Positions 50,701 to 58,329 of a DNA stretch of 64,000 nt are shown here, piece by piece. The notes under the pieces were generated by a model that ran no database searches, had not been told where the DNA came from, and saw nothing but the letters and a program-made list of their open reading frames with translations. The number at the start of each line of letters is the position of its first letter. Position 1 is the first letter of the stretch. The stretch is from a virus. The stretch is taken from IMG/VR virus record IMGVR_UViG_3300034418_003613, positions 13,088 through 77,087 of that record, one strand, 5' to 3'. Made by a program: the position numbers and the translations under genes.

Positions 50701-53376
50701 CTTTTTGATGAGAATGGTCAATGGAAAGAGTATAGGGATGTAACAGATCTAGACACCGCATCAGATGCAGATATTGCTTTCAATAAGGAATTATCAGAAG
50801 CTAGAGAAGAGTATGGTAACTTCTGGAGAGCTGAGACAAAAGGTTTAGAGGGTAAACCTATATCGGGAAACTACCACTACTACGATAAGAAGTTTACAGA
50901 TGAAAGAAAGAAGTATGAGTACTACGTAGCTGCAGGAAAACACGGATACTGGAAGAAAAAATCATCTGTCACTAAGAAAGAGTACGCAAAGTTTGTTGCA
51001 AAGTATTATGATGAAGTTGAATACAGCAAGGCTATAAAAGATGAGTTTGGTCAGTACACAGGTCAGATTGTACCTGGTATGACTATATACTCACCTAAGA
51101 AAAAGTTTAGACTAGTAAAGGATACAGGTAGAGATGGGGTAAATCTTCTCAGTGATAAGTATAAGTCTATTATGGAGAATACTGACACAGAGCTAGGTAG
51201 AGCCCAGAAAGATTTCTATGAAACATTTGTAAGACTTTATGAGAAAGAATTACTAGAGAAACTTCCAATGGGTCAGCGTGATCAGATGCTTGGAAGGATT
51301 CCTTTGGTTAGAGCTAGGATGTATCAGAATCTAAAGGAGAAGCCAAATCTTGTTACAAGGCTATGGACTAAGATGAGTCGCTCAGTTAGAAATCTAGTAA
51401 CAGAAACAGCTCAGCAAAAAGTAGTTATTACAGATGAAGAAGGCAACCTAGTAGACTCATTACCAATCTTTTATACTGGTAAGGCTAGAGTGGAGGGTGA
51501 ACTAGAAGAAGTCATGGCTGAGATTGATGCCTTGAATCAAGAGAGGAAGGATGGCAAGATTAATATAAATGAATATAAGCAAAAGAAGAAAGTCTTAAAT
51601 GGCAGAAGATCAACTTTAGAAAATCAACCAACGTTAGGTGAGTTAAACTTAGATCTAGGCACTGCTCTGATAAAGTTTAATGCTATGGCTGAGCATTATG
51701 AAACCATGGCTGAGGCAGAAGATACATTAAAAGCTTTAGTGAAGAGCCTTGAGGCTAGAACATATCAACCACCAGGGAGCAAGGAACTTTATACGAAAGT
51801 TAAAGGCAAGCTTGTTAAGGTGGGTGATAACACTAAAGAGTCTAACATAGTGAAGCGGGCTAAGAAGTTTATGAACATGGTCTACTATGACAATGAAGAA
51901 ATTACAAGAGGCTTCTTTGACAAGGTTGCGGATGGATTAATTAGCTACTCCTCACTATCTTATGTGGCATTTAACCCATTTGGTAACTTTAATAACTATG
52001 TGCTGGGTAGGCTTAATAATAATATTGAGGCTCTTGGTGGTAGATTCTTTGATAAGAAAGCATATGCTCGAGCAGTATTTGAGTTTAATAAAAGAGCACT
52101 TCCAGATCTTATTAAGAGAACATCTAGCCCTGATGTAGTAAGAAAGCTTGGTGATATAGCCACACTTAATCAACTAAATCTATCTGCTGGGTCAGCATAT
52201 GATCCAAGAAAGCCCTTTAGCAAGTATGAGGCTTTTGTAGATTTATTTAGAATGATGGACTCTAGCTCTGATCTACGTGAATCAGGAAGACGAGCAGATA
52301 AAGCGCAAGACTCTTGGTATGATAAGGCTTCTGAGTTTGGGTACCTTCTGCAGGATGCCGCAGAATATAATGTTCAGACTAAGGTTGGTATGGCTATGCT
52401 TATGGATACGCAGATGCTTAATCCAGATACAGGTGAAACTTTATCCCTCTATGATGCCATGCAGTTTGATGGTGAGACCCAAACTTTGAAACTTAAAGAT
52501 GGATTTACCCAGGTAATTAAGAAGAATGGTCAAACTGTAGAATACAATGATCAGTTTAGATACCAATTGAGAAATGAAATACGAGAGGTAAACAAACAGA
52601 TTCATGGTAACTATGCTAGAGAAGATAGAATGGTTCTTCAGTCTCATGCTGTTGGTAGATTGGCTGCACAGTTCCACAAGTGGGTAGCGCCTGCAATCAA
52701 AGCAAGATTCCGTCCTGAATACTATGATGAGAACTTAGGATATATGGAGGGTAGATATCTGTCTTTCTTGAAGTTCACAAAGCATGCATTCGGCGAGATA
52801 GTAAAAGGAAATATGGAGTTCTCTAAGTATGGTAAAACATTCATGGAGGACTATGGATATAAAGAGGATGGTTCACAGTCTGATCAGTATGCAACTAACA
52901 AACTCTTAAATACATATAGAGTTCTTGGTGAGATTGCTATCATATTCTCTACGATTGCAGTAAGTAACATTTTACAGATGATGTTCTCTGATGATGATGA
53001 TGATTCAGATTTTGAGAAGAGAATGGAGAACTTCTTAATGTACCAGGCGGATAGAACATATAAGGAACTTATCCTCATGGTTCCTATTTCACCAGATAGC
53101 TGGACTCAGATGTATCAAATGTTTAAGTCACCAATTGCTGCTACAAGAACTCTTGGAGAATTTGGAGAAGCTATATCATTAACAATGCGTACCCCGGTTG
53201 CAATGTTATACTATGATGATAGAGAGTTTTATGGAAACTCAAGCTATGTATACCAGAGAGGAACTAGGGCTGGCGAACTTAAAGTACGGAAGGCTTGGGG
53301 TGATGCTCTACCAATTATCTATGCTATTCAGAAGTATGCAAATCTGATTCAAGAGCGAGATTTCTTTATTAAGTAA
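47725..53376 (+). CDS. Large virion cargo protein with degenerate zincin-like and PD-(D/E)xK nuclease-like domains
   Basis: 1883 aa. EEILH..ELVTQ, then IAGLADLIV..IVDLKT..LQVAIY (RecB-type), then C-terminal 'IHGNY..AQFHKW..EGRY'. Confidence 0.75.
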   Translation: MARCPNRNTPEYKALMGVFKTNLATDNVINAWQDLNKSEAFPTVEEANEFMSRNKTLYALKQREFGEALLGNLSRLRYISRYKDKYYVNNSAISTWDNETWEFNQKELEKNLTLIKRYLRVNNIPEAAVEIRKTKRSYEISVKDNMFSPRDIIEIEKQRTSPRSHALLEHLTKITPGLNIAVMTVGEARAFYESLPEEQKANVPFDKVKSFFVKDQVILIKGRTSNETAIEEILHPFVDGLLIDNPELFDSLLKEAKTNFPVLWQTIQDSYSDRRGFTLQHRNLELVTQALSRHFNKEFETTPTKSFKEKIKEFLEWFASIIKDFNKYLTGVDLVIKPSMIKPNATLTDIAKLINTSDITLQVDRVADSKVRYSLSPEMQSTLDYALRQSNELQQAVIKRMFNAAMLAETEFDSLTVSDANPSETSSLVAFHEADHSYMDIVNGEPYLSTTTAIKGKMDPEKEAEVQLNLDIGNEFDMMLTAIASDKLFEDIKDQIKLLDPVKAEAAYSTLHAMYRAVTPEGAVAIPQVVLHDRESKIAGLADLIVITKEGKIRIVDLKTSKNFVRNNESYDGTKWDLPSTSLLKRKGFDKLSTKQQHNLQVAIYRRMAQNMGYEVDQSEFALTTIHIKVDIEGKGKDQKFLGTFQVDDLVPHAPSQNLNMVNALVPLFVDPEVKEELDEEALLSDDTPIDEKTFLDEDEAKMDMLDSAGLTEYAVIGGALEAYKGALIKKQKALEMIRSNIFMDRSKDETREYIFNSIAAISLARSQDGKVQSALFTQLLKDGLREVRKFVQFIEDPQNFGKPEYISYALNFDRFIETYRGLYSLQDTGDLNATQRSLILNFQIELNKLKGDKQTEGIIDEAITNYSREIVKSTSSKEFTEAELDDLFTMVQDISYLEYQTGDLATSKDTILAVMDKIYKAKKQELLDKLETRDALIRQKAARLQRLSPNTDPQELYKFMIEFDEDGVPTGSYVQRLGKNYYGKLQELREKLFDENGQWKEYRDVTDLDTASDADIAFNKELSEAREEYGNFWRAETKGLEGKPISGNYHYYDKKFTDERKKYEYYVAAGKHGYWKKKSSVTKKEYAKFVAKYYDEVEYSKAIKDEFGQYTGQIVPGMTIYSPKKKFRLVKDTGRDGVNLLSDKYKSIMENTDTELGRAQKDFYETFVRLYEKELLEKLPMGQRDQMLGRIPLVRARMYQNLKEKPNLVTRLWTKMSRSVRNLVTETAQQKVVITDEEGNLVDSLPIFYTGKARVEGELEEVMAEIDALNQERKDGKININEYKQKKKVLNGRRSTLENQPTLGELNLDLGTALIKFNAMAEHYETMAEAEDTLKALVKSLEARTYQPPGSKELYTKVKGKLVKVGDNTKESNIVKRAKKFMNMVYYDNEEITRGFFDKVADGLISYSSLSYVAFNPFGNFNNYVLGRLNNNIEALGGRFFDKKAYARAVFEFNKRALPDLIKRTSSPDVVRKLGDIATLNQLNLSAGSAYDPRKPFSKYEAFVDLFRMMDSSSDLRESGRRADKAQDSWYDKASEFGYLLQDAAEYNVQTKVGMAMLMDTQMLNPDTGETLSLYDAMQFDGETQTLKLKDGFTQVIKKNGQTVEYNDQFRYQLRNEIREVNKQIHGNYAREDRMVLQSHAVGRLAAQFHKWVAPAIKARFRPEYYDENLGYMEGRYLSFLKFTKHAFGEIVKGNMEFSKYGKTFMEDYGYKEDGSQSDQYATNKLLNTYRVLGEIAIIFSTIAVSNILQMMFSDDDDDSDFEKRMENFLMYQADRTYKELILMVPISPDSWTQMYQMFKSPIAATRTLGEFGEAISLTMRTPVAMLYYDDREFYGNSSYVYQRGTRAGELKVRKAWGDALPIIYAIQKYANLIQERDFFIK

Positions 53377-53402
53377 TATATTGCAGACCTAAGTATTAAG
53401 CT

Positions 53403-53504
53403 ATGGCAGATGATGTTTTTATCTACTGGGGTGGATTAGATGATAAATTCACCGATAAGGATAACAATACTCAGGATGATGATGATGGAGATATTGACAA
53501 CTAG
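53403..53504 (+). CDS. Putative acidic microprotein (33 aa)
   Basis: MADDVFIYWGGLDDKFTDKDNNTQDDDDGDIDN*. Fills the gap, and its TAG overlaps the opposite-strand stop at CTAG. Confidence 0.4.
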   Translation: MADDVFIYWGGLDDKFTDKDNNTQDDDDGDIDN

Positions 53505-54082
53505 TTAAAATCCAGTTGCCAGTATAGTTTTCCAGAGAGCACAGGCTTCATATCTTGATTTAAACCAAGACCAAGAGAATATGCTTTCTGATTGCGGCTT
53601 CTATAAAGAAGCTCTCCTCCAATATATTCAATCTGCTGAGGTGTGCCTTGTAGACCAAGACCCCAATAGAACTCTCTATTGTTTATATAGATCTTATCAG
53701 TTATTGTAGTTCTAGGAAATAACAACTCGTAACTAAGAGATCTAGATTGAATCTTATTCTGTGATACAGAATCCTGGATAGTGATAGTAATACTATCCAG
53801 CTTAGTTGTGTCTTGGTAGAAGTAGGTTGTGAAGTAATCCTGTAAGATTGCGTTAGTATCTACAGGTACAGTGAATGTATCCCACTTAGTTCTCCATCTA
53901 GTTTTCCACTGAGGTTTGTAGATAATAGTATCTACCTTTACAGTATCCCACTCAGTTACCGTATTAGTAATAACCTTTGGTTCTACCGGTTCTTTATAGT
54001 CTATGTAGTCCTTAAAAAACTGAGTGATCAACATTATGATAATGATGATTCCTGCAATACCTGTTGTGCTGTTTGTTCTCAT
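53501..54082 (-). CDS. Membrane-anchored protein with C-terminal amphipathic beta strands (spanin-like or envelope protein)
   Basis: N-terminal TM (IAGIIIIIMLI), DTV-type repeats and terminal GLGL..GKLYWQL strands. Start likely MRTNST at 54082. Confidence 0.5.
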   Translation of the reverse strand: MRTNSTTGIAGIIIIIMLITQFFKDYIDYKEPVEPKVITNTVTEWDTVKVDTIIYKPQWKTRWRTKWDTFTVPVDTNAILQDYFTTYFYQDTTKLDSITITIQDSVSQNKIQSRSLSYELLFPRTTITDKIYINNREFYWGLGLQGTPQQIEYIGGELLYRSRNQKAYSLGLGLNQDMKPVLSGKLYWQLDFN

Positions 54083-54098
54083 ATATATAAGATACAAT

Positions 54099-54120
54099 AA
54101 AAAAGGGCCCGAAGGCCCTT
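54099..54120 (-). terminator. Rho-independent terminator after nrdJ
   Basis: Minus strand AAGGGCC-TTCG-GGCCCTT-TTTT, a cUUCGg tetraloop. Confidence 0.9.
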
Positions 54121-54163
54121 AGTTATATAGGAAATCCATAATATAGTTTCTCAATCCAGCACA

Positions 54164-56023
54164 TTATTGAATCTCACACGCCCCTCCTGCACAAGCTAAT
54201 TCTCCAGTCAAGTTTGTTTCATCTTTTTCTTCAATAACCTTGGACAGATCAATATCATTTAGATACTGCAGCATGTCTTCATACTGTGCCTGATCAATGT
54301 CTTGGAAAGGTGCTTGCTTGTATGTACCTCCATTGTATGGCAGTACCGACAGACCATTGTAGCTATTGCGATTCTCCCACATCCACTCACCAGCTTTGTC
54401 CCACTCATCTTCTTTAAGTGAGATAGTTGCTGATACATTGTGTGTGTTAGATCCTGTTCTATGACCGGGCTTGATCCACTCCGTAAAGACGCGCTTTACT
54501 CTGTCTAATAAATCAAATGGAGACTCTGTTCTTAGAATTGCATCTTGTGGTGCCTTCTGAGGTATGCTAATTACAGCAGTAGTGTGAGGGTTAAAGTACT
54601 CATCTTCAACTAGTTGTGGAATATTAGCAGCAAGATACTCATAGATAGCCTCTGTCTTACCGACTCTGAGTGTACGAATGTAGTAGTCATTATGCCATGC
54701 ATGAATGCCAGAGCTAGTACCTAAAGTAAGAGATGTTGTACCTGCTGGCTTAACTGTTGTTGTTCTTGCAGACTGGTTGATACCAATCAGCTTTGCAATA
54801 CGAGTGTTCTCTTTTTTAACAACCTCAGCAGCTTCTGTCATATCATACTTAAGTACAGCGCCGGAGCCAATACCTGTCATAGACACACCAATCAAGGCAT
54901 CTTTCTCTGTGGTATCTCTCCAAATATCTCTGAGATAGTGGAAGTCTGTATACCCAGCTTGTAGTGTACCAATGAATGAGGCAGCTTTAACTCTAGCATT
55001 AAGATCTTCCTGAGACTCAATATTAGATACGTTTACTTCACAGAGATTGCAGAACTGGAATGGGCGTAGAGCAATCTCACAACAAGGATTAGTTCCCCAG
55101 TCTTTATCATTATTAAAGTAGACACCAGGTTCACCAGCACCACTTGCTTCTACACGTTTCCATAGATCCATAAAGAATGATTTAGTGATCTTGTGTCTCA
55201 TCAGGACTGCAGAGTTGTTTGCCCTACCACGCTGAGGATTGAGTTCCCACCAGCTACCAGACTTACAAGCAATCATATCACTATCATCTGCAGAGAACAA
55301 AGAGATCAATGCTGCTCTACGAATACCTCCAGCAAGTACAGCATCTGCGATATGACAAACCATGTCATGTACCTCAATGGTAGACAGGCTATCACCATCT
55401 TCTTTAGATTCAAGAATGCCGGTGAGTTTAACAAGACATTCTTTTAATGGCTGAGGACCAGGAGCCTTACCACCAGATGTTACAAGCCTTGCACCTTTAG
55501 GACGGATGTCAGAGAAATCAAATTCAATCCTAGAACTTTTACCATTTAGGTAAGACTTCATAAGCATCTTAACAGCATCAGCCCAACCTTCAATAGAGTC
55601 ATTGATCAGATACCTCTTCTTTCTCTTAGGGTAAGGTTTATTGATAGGAGGAAGTTTAGATACATGATGTTCTTGTACAGAATATCCTACACCTGTTCCA
55701 CCAAGCAGAAGGAACATAATTTCACTAAATGCATCTGTGTGATCTATGGGTAGATACGCACAGTTATAGATTCTGTTTGGTGAGATTTCAATTGGCTTAC
55801 CACCAAACTGCATGCTTCTCATAGATGGCAAGACTTTCTTATCATATACAAATCGGTAGACATCTTCAATCTCTTCCTTTAGAGAAGGATACTTCTTGAT
55901 GTGCATATTCTTATTTCTTGTGACCAGTTCATCCCAAGTTTCTCTTCTATTAAGTTCAGGGATATAACGGGCGTATTTCATGTAGACAGTGATCTCACTT
56001 AGAATCTGATTGTTTAATTCCAT
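54164..56023 (-). CDS. nrdJ: Class II (adenosylcobalamin-dependent) ribonucleotide reductase
   Basis: RRETW, LPSMRS, YNCAY, GTNPCCEI (N-x-C-x-E), FCNLCE, TVKPAGT and a C-terminal CAGGAC redox pair. No nrdB partner is adjacent. Confidence 0.88.
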   Translation of the reverse strand: MELNNQILSEITVYMKYARYIPELNRRETWDELVTRNKNMHIKKYPSLKEEIEDVYRFVYDKKVLPSMRSMQFGGKPIEISPNRIYNCAYLPIDHTDAFSEIMFLLLGGTGVGYSVQEHHVSKLPPINKPYPKRKKRYLINDSIEGWADAVKMLMKSYLNGKSSRIEFDFSDIRPKGARLVTSGGKAPGPQPLKECLVKLTGILESKEDGDSLSTIEVHDMVCHIADAVLAGGIRRAALISLFSADDSDMIACKSGSWWELNPQRGRANNSAVLMRHKITKSFFMDLWKRVEASGAGEPGVYFNNDKDWGTNPCCEIALRPFQFCNLCEVNVSNIESQEDLNARVKAASFIGTLQAGYTDFHYLRDIWRDTTEKDALIGVSMTGIGSGAVLKYDMTEAAEVVKKENTRIAKLIGINQSARTTTVKPAGTTSLTLGTSSGIHAWHNDYYIRTLRVGKTEAIYEYLAANIPQLVEDEYFNPHTTAVISIPQKAPQDAILRTESPFDLLDRVKRVFTEWIKPGHRTGSNTHNVSATISLKEDEWDKAGEWMWENRNSYNGLSVLPYNGGTYKQAPFQDIDQAQYEDMLQYLNDIDLSKVIEEKDETNLTGELACAGGACEIQ

Positions 56024-56055
56024 TTTACCTATTTATTTATGATGTTAGAAAATAA

Positions 56056-56076
56056 AAGCTACCGGTGTGGTAGCTT
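56056..56076 (-). other. Hairpin upstream of nrdJ (terminator or 5' stem-loop)
   Basis: AAGCTACC-GGTGT-GGTAGCTT perfect 8-bp stem, followed on the minus strand by TTATTTTT. Confidence 0.6.
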
Positions 56077-56122
56077 CTAAAGTGTATAATCAATATACTG
56101 AAAAATTGTTTCACAGGACAAA

Positions 56123-56317
56123 TTAATTGTCCCAAAGCATATGCGTATATGCAATTTTAAAAAAGATGAAACCTAGTTCAATACCAATCACTGGTCGATA
56201 GATATCATCATCACAACAGACCTTACAGTTAATCACTCTAAGACCAATAAGCATCTGCTGTGGAAGCAGTTCCAAACTGAACCTATGGTAGAATGTGTCT
56301 TTGGTTACACTGTCCAT
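56123..56317 (-). CDS. Small hypothetical beta-rich protein
   Basis: 64 aa with an A-rich leader (AAAATAAAACCCCAACAAAT-ATG). Confidence 0.55.
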   Translation of the reverse strand: MDSVTKDTFYHRFSLELLPQQMLIGLRVINCKVCCDDDIYRPVIGIELGFIFFKIAYTHMLWDN

Positions 56318-56353
56318 ATTTGTTGGGGTTTTATTTTAGATTAGACGATTTTC

Positions 56354-56367
56354 TTTGTATATTATTA
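56354..56367 (+). promoter_or_regulatory. Promoter-like box TTTGTATATTATTA
   Basis: Exact copy in the divergent intergenic region, followed by an AGCATCT..AGATGCT hairpin. Confidence 0.7.
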
Positions 56368-56408
56368 CTAAGAGCATCTTCTATATGTAGATGCTAATGT
56401 AATGATAT

Positions 56409-56783
56409 TTGTTTATGTTTTCACGAATTCAGGATATTCTGACGTATTACGATTCAGAACCTACAGAAATTACACATGGCTTCATATGGCTAGTGTTCTT
56501 TCCTATCATATATACGATTGAGCATTCATTCAATCCAGTTGTTATCCTAAGTGTGATTATAGGTTTTTGTGCGATTTATGCTACATCCTATCTCACATTA
56601 AGAACACGCAAGACTCTGGCTATGGCAATGTTTTTATTTTCTCTGATTGCCCTGGTCCTATTCTTTACTAAAGGGGGTTATGAATGTCCTACACACTGGG
56701 GGTGGGCTTTAGTTGCATTAAGTGCATTTTTTAATTTAAAGAGAGTTTCTAATCACTACTATAGACAAACTTGTAAGCGATGA
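56409..56783 (+). CDS. Four-TM membrane protein (holin/antiholin-like)
   Basis: Four hydrophobic segments. The start may be the ATG at 56415. Confidence 0.5.
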   Translation: MFMFSRIQDILTYYDSEPTEITHGFIWLVFFPIIYTIEHSFNPVVILSVIIGFCAIYATSYLTLRTRKTLAMAMFLFSLIALVLFFTKGGYECPTHWGWALVALSAFFNLKRVSNHYYRQTCKR

Positions 56784-57094
56784 AAGAAATGGATAGCATC
56801 ACAACGATCATCATCACATTAATTACAGTGTTGACATCAGCGGGTGCATGGAGATTTTATGAGAAGAAAATGAAACTTCAAGCAGAGACAGATAAGTCAG
56901 ATAAGAAAGAGCAGAATCTCTACAGGGATGATCTTAGAGATAGAGTTAAGAAGCTCGAGAAGCTCTTAGAAGAAAGCTCTATAGAGAAAGATGAGATGCG
57001 CGATCAGATACTCTCTCTTACCCAGGAGGTTAGCGAACTCAGAATTAAAGTGACGTTCCTTGAGAAAGAGAACGACCGTCTCAAGAACCTCTAA
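56780..57094 (+). CDS. Single-TM coiled-coil protein (holin-like)
   Basis: N-terminal TM (ITTIIITLITVLTSAGAW) followed by a long heptad coiled coil. Confidence 0.55.
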   Translation: MKEMDSITTIIITLITVLTSAGAWRFYEKKMKLQAETDKSDKKEQNLYRDDLRDRVKKLEKLLEESSIEKDEMRDQILSLTQEVSELRIKVTFLEKENDRLKNL

Positions 57095-57118
57095 GCTATT
57101 TTGATATAGCACCTAAAA

Positions 57119-57132
57119 TTTGTATATTGTTA
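57119..57132 (+). promoter_or_regulatory. Promoter-like box variant TTTGTATATTGTTA
   Basis: Intergenic, one mismatch to the consensus. Confidence 0.6.
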
Positions 57133-57149
57133 TATAATGTCTTTATGAT

Positions 57150-57284
57150 ATGTTGACAGTATTATTAAGCAAATTAAAACAGGCTTGGACCTGGCTTTGG
57201 GATCAGACAACAATTGATGAAAAGGCAGAAGAGTTTGTTAAAGAGGTAAAGAAGAAGAGAGCAGCAAAGAAAAATGTCAAGTAA
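57150..57284 (+). CDS. Small hypothetical protein (44 aa)
   Basis: MLTVLLSKLKQAWTWLWDQTTIDEKAEEFVKEVKKKRAAKKNVK*, below the ORF-track cutoff, downstream of the promoter-like box. Confidence 0.55.
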   Translation: MLTVLLSKLKQAWTWLWDQTTIDEKAEEFVKEVKKKRAAKKNVK

Positions 57285-57468
57285 AAAGAATTGGATCAAA
57301 GGGGCAATAAAGAAACCTGGTGCCTTAAAAGCTACAGCTAAAAGGCAGGGTGCTTTAAAATCCGATGGTACAATTAAAAAGACTTGGCTTAGAGATAAGG
57401 CTAAAGGAAAAGGTGTGACTGCACAACGTGCAAGATTAGCCCTTACTCTATCAAAGATGAAGAAATGA
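57274..57468 (+). CDS. Small Lys-rich basic protein
   Basis: NWIKGAIKKPGAL...RARLALTLSKM. Confidence 0.7.
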   Translation: MSSKKNWIKGAIKKPGALKATAKRQGALKSDGTIKKTWLRDKAKGKGVTAQRARLALTLSKMKK

Positions 57469-57707
57469 AAAGATGTGTCTTTTGGGTTAGCGGTCTTTTA
57501 AAAGATGAGAAGGGTACTCCCTCATCTAAAAGGTTTGTTGGCATCCTGGCAGGCATATCTTTATGTGTAACATTATTCGCTAATCAATTTACAGAGGAGC
57601 ACATTGCCCCCTCTTCTGTATTGGTTAATGCGGTGGCAGCTTTGGCGTTTGGAGCGTTAGGGCTTGCATCAGTAGATAAAATATGGGGCAAACAAAACCA
57701 ACAGTAA
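57465..57707 (+). CDS. Two-TM holin-like protein
   Basis: 'GTPSSKRF' followed by two hydrophobic helices. ATGA overlap with the previous gene. Confidence 0.55.
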   Translation: MKRCVFWVSGLLKDEKGTPSSKRFVGILAGISLCVTLFANQFTEEHIAPSSVLVNAVAALAFGALGLASVDKIWGKQNQQ

Positions 57708-57842
57708 ATGGCTAAAATGCTGAACACCAGCTACATTGAAAAATCTAAAGTACGTAGACCTGGAGTACATGCTAAGACAAAAGTTAGCAAGAGTAAGACA
57801 AGTAAGAACTATAGCAAGCGGTATAAAGGACAAGGAAGATGA
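57708..57842 (+). CDS. Small basic protein (44 aa)
   Basis: MAKMLNTSYIEKSKVRRPGVHAKTKVSKSKTSKNYSKRYKGQGR*, abutting the upstream stop. Confidence 0.65.
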   Translation: MAKMLNTSYIEKSKVRRPGVHAKTKVSKSKTSKNYSKRYKGQGR

Positions 57843-57991
57843 GCGATTGGAAATTAGAAATATCAACACACTGGCCACATGACAGATTTGCATTTGGCTG
57901 GGATTGGATCCGTCCTAGTGATGAGGATCCATACTCAACTTTCACTTTGTATCTAGGTATAGTTACCCTGTCTCTAGACATATATGAATAA
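57839..57991 (+). CDS. Small aromatic beta-rich protein (50 aa)
   Basis: MSDWKLEISTHWPHDRFAFGWDWIRPSDEDPYSTFTLYLGIVTLSLDIYE*, ATGA overlap. Confidence 0.6.
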   Translation: MSDWKLEISTHWPHDRFAFGWDWIRPSDEDPYSTFTLYLGIVTLSLDIYE

Positions 57992-58006
57992 TTAAAAAAA
58001 TAAATC

Positions 58007-58327
58007 ATGTCAAATACACTTAAAGGATACGGAAAAGATAGGCAGTCATACACGTGGCACTATGAAATGGAAAAGAGCCAGAAGAATAGTATGGGTGCTG
58101 GAACAGTTACTCGCTATACTAGTGCTGATGGTAGTGTTACAGGTAAGTTTCAGTTCCTTGTTACAGATGATGCTGGAGCAACACTAACAAGCTATACTGT
58201 CAATGGTGGCACTCAGATTACTGAAGACTGGGTTATTCCTGCTGGAGGGATTTTTGGTCCTTTCCGTTATATCTCACAGTTTGAAGTGTCAGCTGGACAA
58301 GTATTAGCATTTACACCTGGTGCATAA
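58007..58327 (+). CDS. Small beta-rich structural protein preceding the fibre gene
   Basis: 106 aa with an A-rich leader and 'IPAGGIFGP..SAGQVLAF'. Confidence 0.55.
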   Translation: MSNTLKGYGKDRQSYTWHYEMEKSQKNSMGAGTVTRYTSADGSVTGKFQFLVTDDAGATLTSYTVNGGTQITEDWVIPAGGIFGPFRYISQFEVSAGQVLAFTPGA

Positions 58328-58329
58328 TC

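Noticed and set aside
32899-56023. Inteins or self-splicing introns in RNAP or nrdJ
   Set aside because: Frames are uninterrupted, there are no C/S...HN-C/S/T splice motifs or LAGLIDADG signatures, and the RNAP has no internal Cys.
56024-56122. Cobalamin riboswitch upstream of nrdJ
   Set aside because: The gap is only ~100 nt, AT-rich, with one simple hairpin and no recognisable B12-box.
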